A stretch of DNA of 16,223 nt. Origin: Planctomycetota bacterium (GTDB lineage: Bacteria > Planctomycetota > GCA-002687715 > DRQF01). Made by a program: the position numbers and the translations under genes. The DNA lies in the NCBI GenBank assembly GCA_036479435.1, contig JAZGFI010000264.1, positions 1 through 16,223 on the forward strand. The letters run 5' to 3'. Shown in pieces: positions 13,655 to 16,223 of the stretch; the stretch's first letter is position 1; every line of letters starts with the position of its first letter. The notes beneath the pieces are model-generated. The model had not been told where the DNA came from. It saw only the letters and a list, made by a program, of their open reading frames with translations, and searched no databases.

Positions 13655-16223
13655 ATGACTTCCGGCTGGCAAATACTGTGTTTGAGCCTTTGTTGCTGTT
13701 TGACGTCCTTGGGGCAAATCCGAGGTCAGACGGAAACACAGATTGAAGCTGAGGGTCGCAATGACCTGCGTCCGAGGTTTGTGGAGTCCAATTGGAAGAC
13801 ATCTGACGGGCTGCCGCAGGAAACAGTGACGGCCATCACGAAATCCAAGTCGGGCTACATGTGGATCGGCACCTTCGGTGGGTTGTGTCGTTTTGACGGA
13901 GTGCGCTTCGAGAATTTTACGATTGCCCAGTACCCAGAAATGAAGACGAACCGGGTGCTGTCTTTGTTTGAGGCGAGCGACGGCACTTTGTGGATTGGCA
14001 CCAATGGACTTGGTGTGGTGCGCTTTGCGAACGGCGAGTTCTCGCAGCCAGAGAATCTGGCGGGACTCGGAGACGTTTGGGACATTTGCGAAACAGTAGA
14101 CGGCGCAATGTGGTTCGTCGGCAACGGCTGCACGCGGCTTCTCGGCGCTGAGGTCAAGCGATTTCGTTTTCCGGGCAATAGCGGCTGCCACGCATTTTTG
14201 GATTGCGACTTGTCAGCGCAAGGACAATTGTGGATCGCCGGTCGCCACGGCACATTTGAGTTTCGCGATGATAGTTTTCACCTCCTCTCCTTGACCGCGA
14301 TTGATGATCAACCGGTGAGTCTGGCTTTTGGGCCGCAGGGTAAACTCTGGCTGGTCGGGTACCGTTCTATCTATTGGATGATCGACGGTGTGGTCGCAAG
14401 GGTCTGCGACCACGGGTGTGGGGGGCCCTTTCGCATCATCGCGGATGATGCTGGCGGAGCCTGGCTTGGAGCCGCGAATGGAGTTTTGCGGGTCGAGCCC
14501 GAGGTAGTGGGTACACCAGTCCTTGGAGTGAAGCTGTCTCGCCCATTGAGGTCCCCTGGCATTGCCGGAGGAATCCGATCTCTTGCCTTGGGGTTAGAGG
14601 GTGAGTTGTGGCTGGGTACCACTCGCAATGGATTGTGCCGTGCTGTACCTGCACCCTTCTCCAAACTGAGATTCCCGGCCACTAGTCGATCGGTCGATTC
14701 TCACGTCATGGGTGACGGCAATGATGGCCTTTGGATCCTCAGAGAGCCGGGTGGACTATACCATTGGTCGCCGCGGGACCTAACGACGATTTACGAATCG
14801 GGGACTCCGGCGAGCGCAGGTCTTGCCTTGATTGGGAGTCAGGCTGGAGGCCCCAGTTATTTTCGAAACAAGGATCGAGTTCTCATCAGCGAAGGATTGA
14901 AGCTTCGCGAGCTTTCGGAACCTCGAACGCTGCATGGCGGCATTGAAAACTTGAATGGCGTTTCTTGGTTTGGAGGTGAAGGCGGCCTTTACTCGCTGAA
15001 AGACGGCTCCTTCGAGTTCCACCCCGTGCTCGGCGTGGCTGCCACCGTGCTTGAACTTAAGCTAGTGGACACAGACGGGACGCTTTGGTTTAGCGGCGCG
15101 GGCTTTTTTGGCTGCCGTTTCGCGGGTGACCAGGGCATGTACAGGTTTTTTACCGCCGCAGATGGACTGCCACCGGGGAGGGTTCGCGGCGTTCACCAGG
15201 ATAAGGACGGTGGCATCTGGATTTCGAGCTACGGCGGGGGATTAGCTCGTTACCAAGAAGGTCGGTTCGACAAGATCGGCCTCAAGCAGGGGCTCATCGA
15301 TCAAAACCTCGGCGGCATGCTTGAAGACGACCAGTTCCGCCTGTGGGTCAACAGCAATCGCGGAATCTTGGTCATGGCCCTCAAAGAGCTACACGCTGTT
15401 GCCGACGGAATACTCGCGCGAGTTTCGTGCCGACTTTTGGACTCTGGTGAAGTCAACGGCGCAACCGCGTACCGAGATGCGAAGGGTCGATTTTGGTTTC
15501 CGACTACCCATGATCTGGTTGTGATTGACCCCTCGGAATATCAACCGAGTTCGGCGCGCCCGCCCTCATTGGTCGAGTCGATTGTGGCGGACGGCGCAGA
15601 GCTGGATCTCTCAAACTCCATTGTCATTGAACCGGGAGAGGGCAATCTTGAGATTCGATACACCGCGTTCTCTTACGCTCAAGCGGAACGGATTAGATTT
15701 CGGTATCGCCTATCGAACTATGATGACCATTGGACTGAAGTGGGCACCGTGCGGCGCGCTGTGTTCACAAAGGTGCCGCCCGGTGAATATAGCTTCGAAG
15801 TGCAAGCGGCGGCTGAGAACGGAGAGTGGAATCCAGATGGCGCACGGTTGTCCGTCACCATCAAGCCAGCCTTTCACCAGACCGCATGGTTCCTCGTTTT
15901 GGCTACCCTGGGTTCTATCGGCGCGCTGTGGCTCTTGTACCGCTGGCGTTTCCACAAGATTAGGGGCATGGCGAGAGAACTTAAGGCAGAGATCACTGAG
16001 CGCAAGCAGAGTGAAGACGAACGTCGTAAAATCCAGCAGGAACTGATCGAATCATCAAAACTTGAAGCGGTGGGGCGACTCGCTGGCGGAATCGCGCACG
16101 ATTTCAACAACATCCTCACCGCCATCATCGGCAATGCCGAGCTGCTTCGGAGCCAAATCAAATCTGAAAAGAGGATCGACAACCATCGCGATTACATCGA
16201 ACAGACCTCGGAGATCACCGCTT
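13655..16223 (+). CDS. Membrane sensor histidine kinase with two-component-regulator beta-propeller repeats, Y_Y_Y domain, TM helix and HisKA domain; 3' end lies outside the window
   Basis: Missing from the track because there is no stop inside the window. AGGA RBS at 13644-13647 and ATG at 13655 give MTSGWQILCLSLCCCLTSLG... Then DGLPQETVTAITKSKSGYMWIGTFGGLCRFDGVRF, further propeller blades (DGTLWIGT, QDKDGGIWISSYGGG), a Y_Y_Y segment RFRYRLSNYDDHW...VPPGEYSFEVQA, TM helix WFLVLATLGSIGALWLLY, and H-box LEAVGRLAGGIAHDFNNILTAI (His codon 16097-16099), all in one frame. Confidence 0.93.
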   Translation, partial: MTSGWQILCLSLCCCLTSLGQIRGQTETQIEAEGRNDLRPRFVESNWKTSDGLPQETVTAITKSKSGYMWIGTFGGLCRFDGVRFENFTIAQYPEMKTNRVLSLFEASDGTLWIGTNGLGVVRFANGEFSQPENLAGLGDVWDICETVDGAMWFVGNGCTRLLGAEVKRFRFPGNSGCHAFLDCDLSAQGQLWIAGRHGTFEFRDDSFHLLSLTAIDDQPVSLAFGPQGKLWLVGYRSIYWMIDGVVARVCDHGCGGPFRIIADDAGGAWLGAANGVLRVEPEVVGTPVLGVKLSRPLRSPGIAGGIRSLALGLEGELWLGTTRNGLCRAVPAPFSKLRFPATSRSVDSHVMGDGNDGLWILREPGGLYHWSPRDLTTIYESGTPASAGLALIGSQAGGPSYFRNKDRVLISEGLKLRELSEPRTLHGGIENLNGVSWFGGEGGLYSLKDGSFEFHPVLGVAATVLELKLVDTDGTLWFSGAGFFGCRFAGDQGMYRFFTAADGLPPGRVRGVHQDKDGGIWISSYGGGLARYQEGRFDKIGLKQGLIDQNLGGMLEDDQFRLWVNSNRGILVMALKELHAVADGILARVSCRLLDSGEVNGATAYRDAKGRFWFPTTHDLVVIDPSEYQPSSARPPSLVESIVADGAELDLSNSIVIEPGEGNLEIRYTAFSYAQAERIRFRYRLSNYDDHWTEVGTVRRAVFTKVPPGEYSFEVQAAAENGEWNPDGARLSVTIKPAFHQTAWFLVLATLGSIGALWLLYRWRFHKIRGMARELKAEITERKQSEDERRKIQQELIESSKLEAVGRLAGGIAHDFNNILTAIIGNAELLRSQIKSEKRIDNHRDYIEQTSEITA

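Noticed and set aside
13469..16182. Track ORFs in the right end (e.g. 13469..14191-, 15525..16046+, 15874..16182-)
   Set aside because: All overlap the histidine kinase frame starting at 13655 and have no recognisable features.
1..16223. A single coherent novel system (defence island, CRISPR, mobile element or biosynthetic cluster) spanning the window
   Set aside because: No repeat arrays, transposase/integrase, nuclease or biosynthetic genes were seen. Orientations are mixed and two pseudogenes suggest a rearranged patchwork. Functional links between neighbours need synteny data.

Overview
GC-rich bacterial chromosomal window. The gene content resembles Planctomycetota, which is an inference only. 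Left to right: (1) 3' part of a formylglycine-generating-enzyme (FGE/SUMF1)-domain protein running in from the left edge; (2) a heavily deleted xylose isomerase (xylA) pseudogene on the minus strand, not represented as a gene in the ORF track; (3) a divergent inositol-monophosphatase-family gene; (4) a minus-strand, translationally coupled trio of a 5'-truncated ECF sigma factor, a zinc-binding anti-sigma factor and an exported hypothetical protein; (5) an exported protein with two tandem alpha/beta-hydrolase domains; (6) a GspD-like secretin with no other secretion genes next to it; (7) a 1648-aa double-length UvrA-family protein with four ABC ATPase modules and no UvrB-binding domain, overlapping the secretin 3' end by 78 bp; (8) a divergently transcribed beta-propeller/Y_Y_Y sensor histidine kinase running off the right edge, absent from the ORF track. 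I found no rRNA, tRNA, CRISPR array or mobile element. I cannot demonstrate a new multi-gene system. The best leads are the tandem UvrB-independent UvrA, the sigma4-only ECF remnant, the orphan secretin and the xylA relic.
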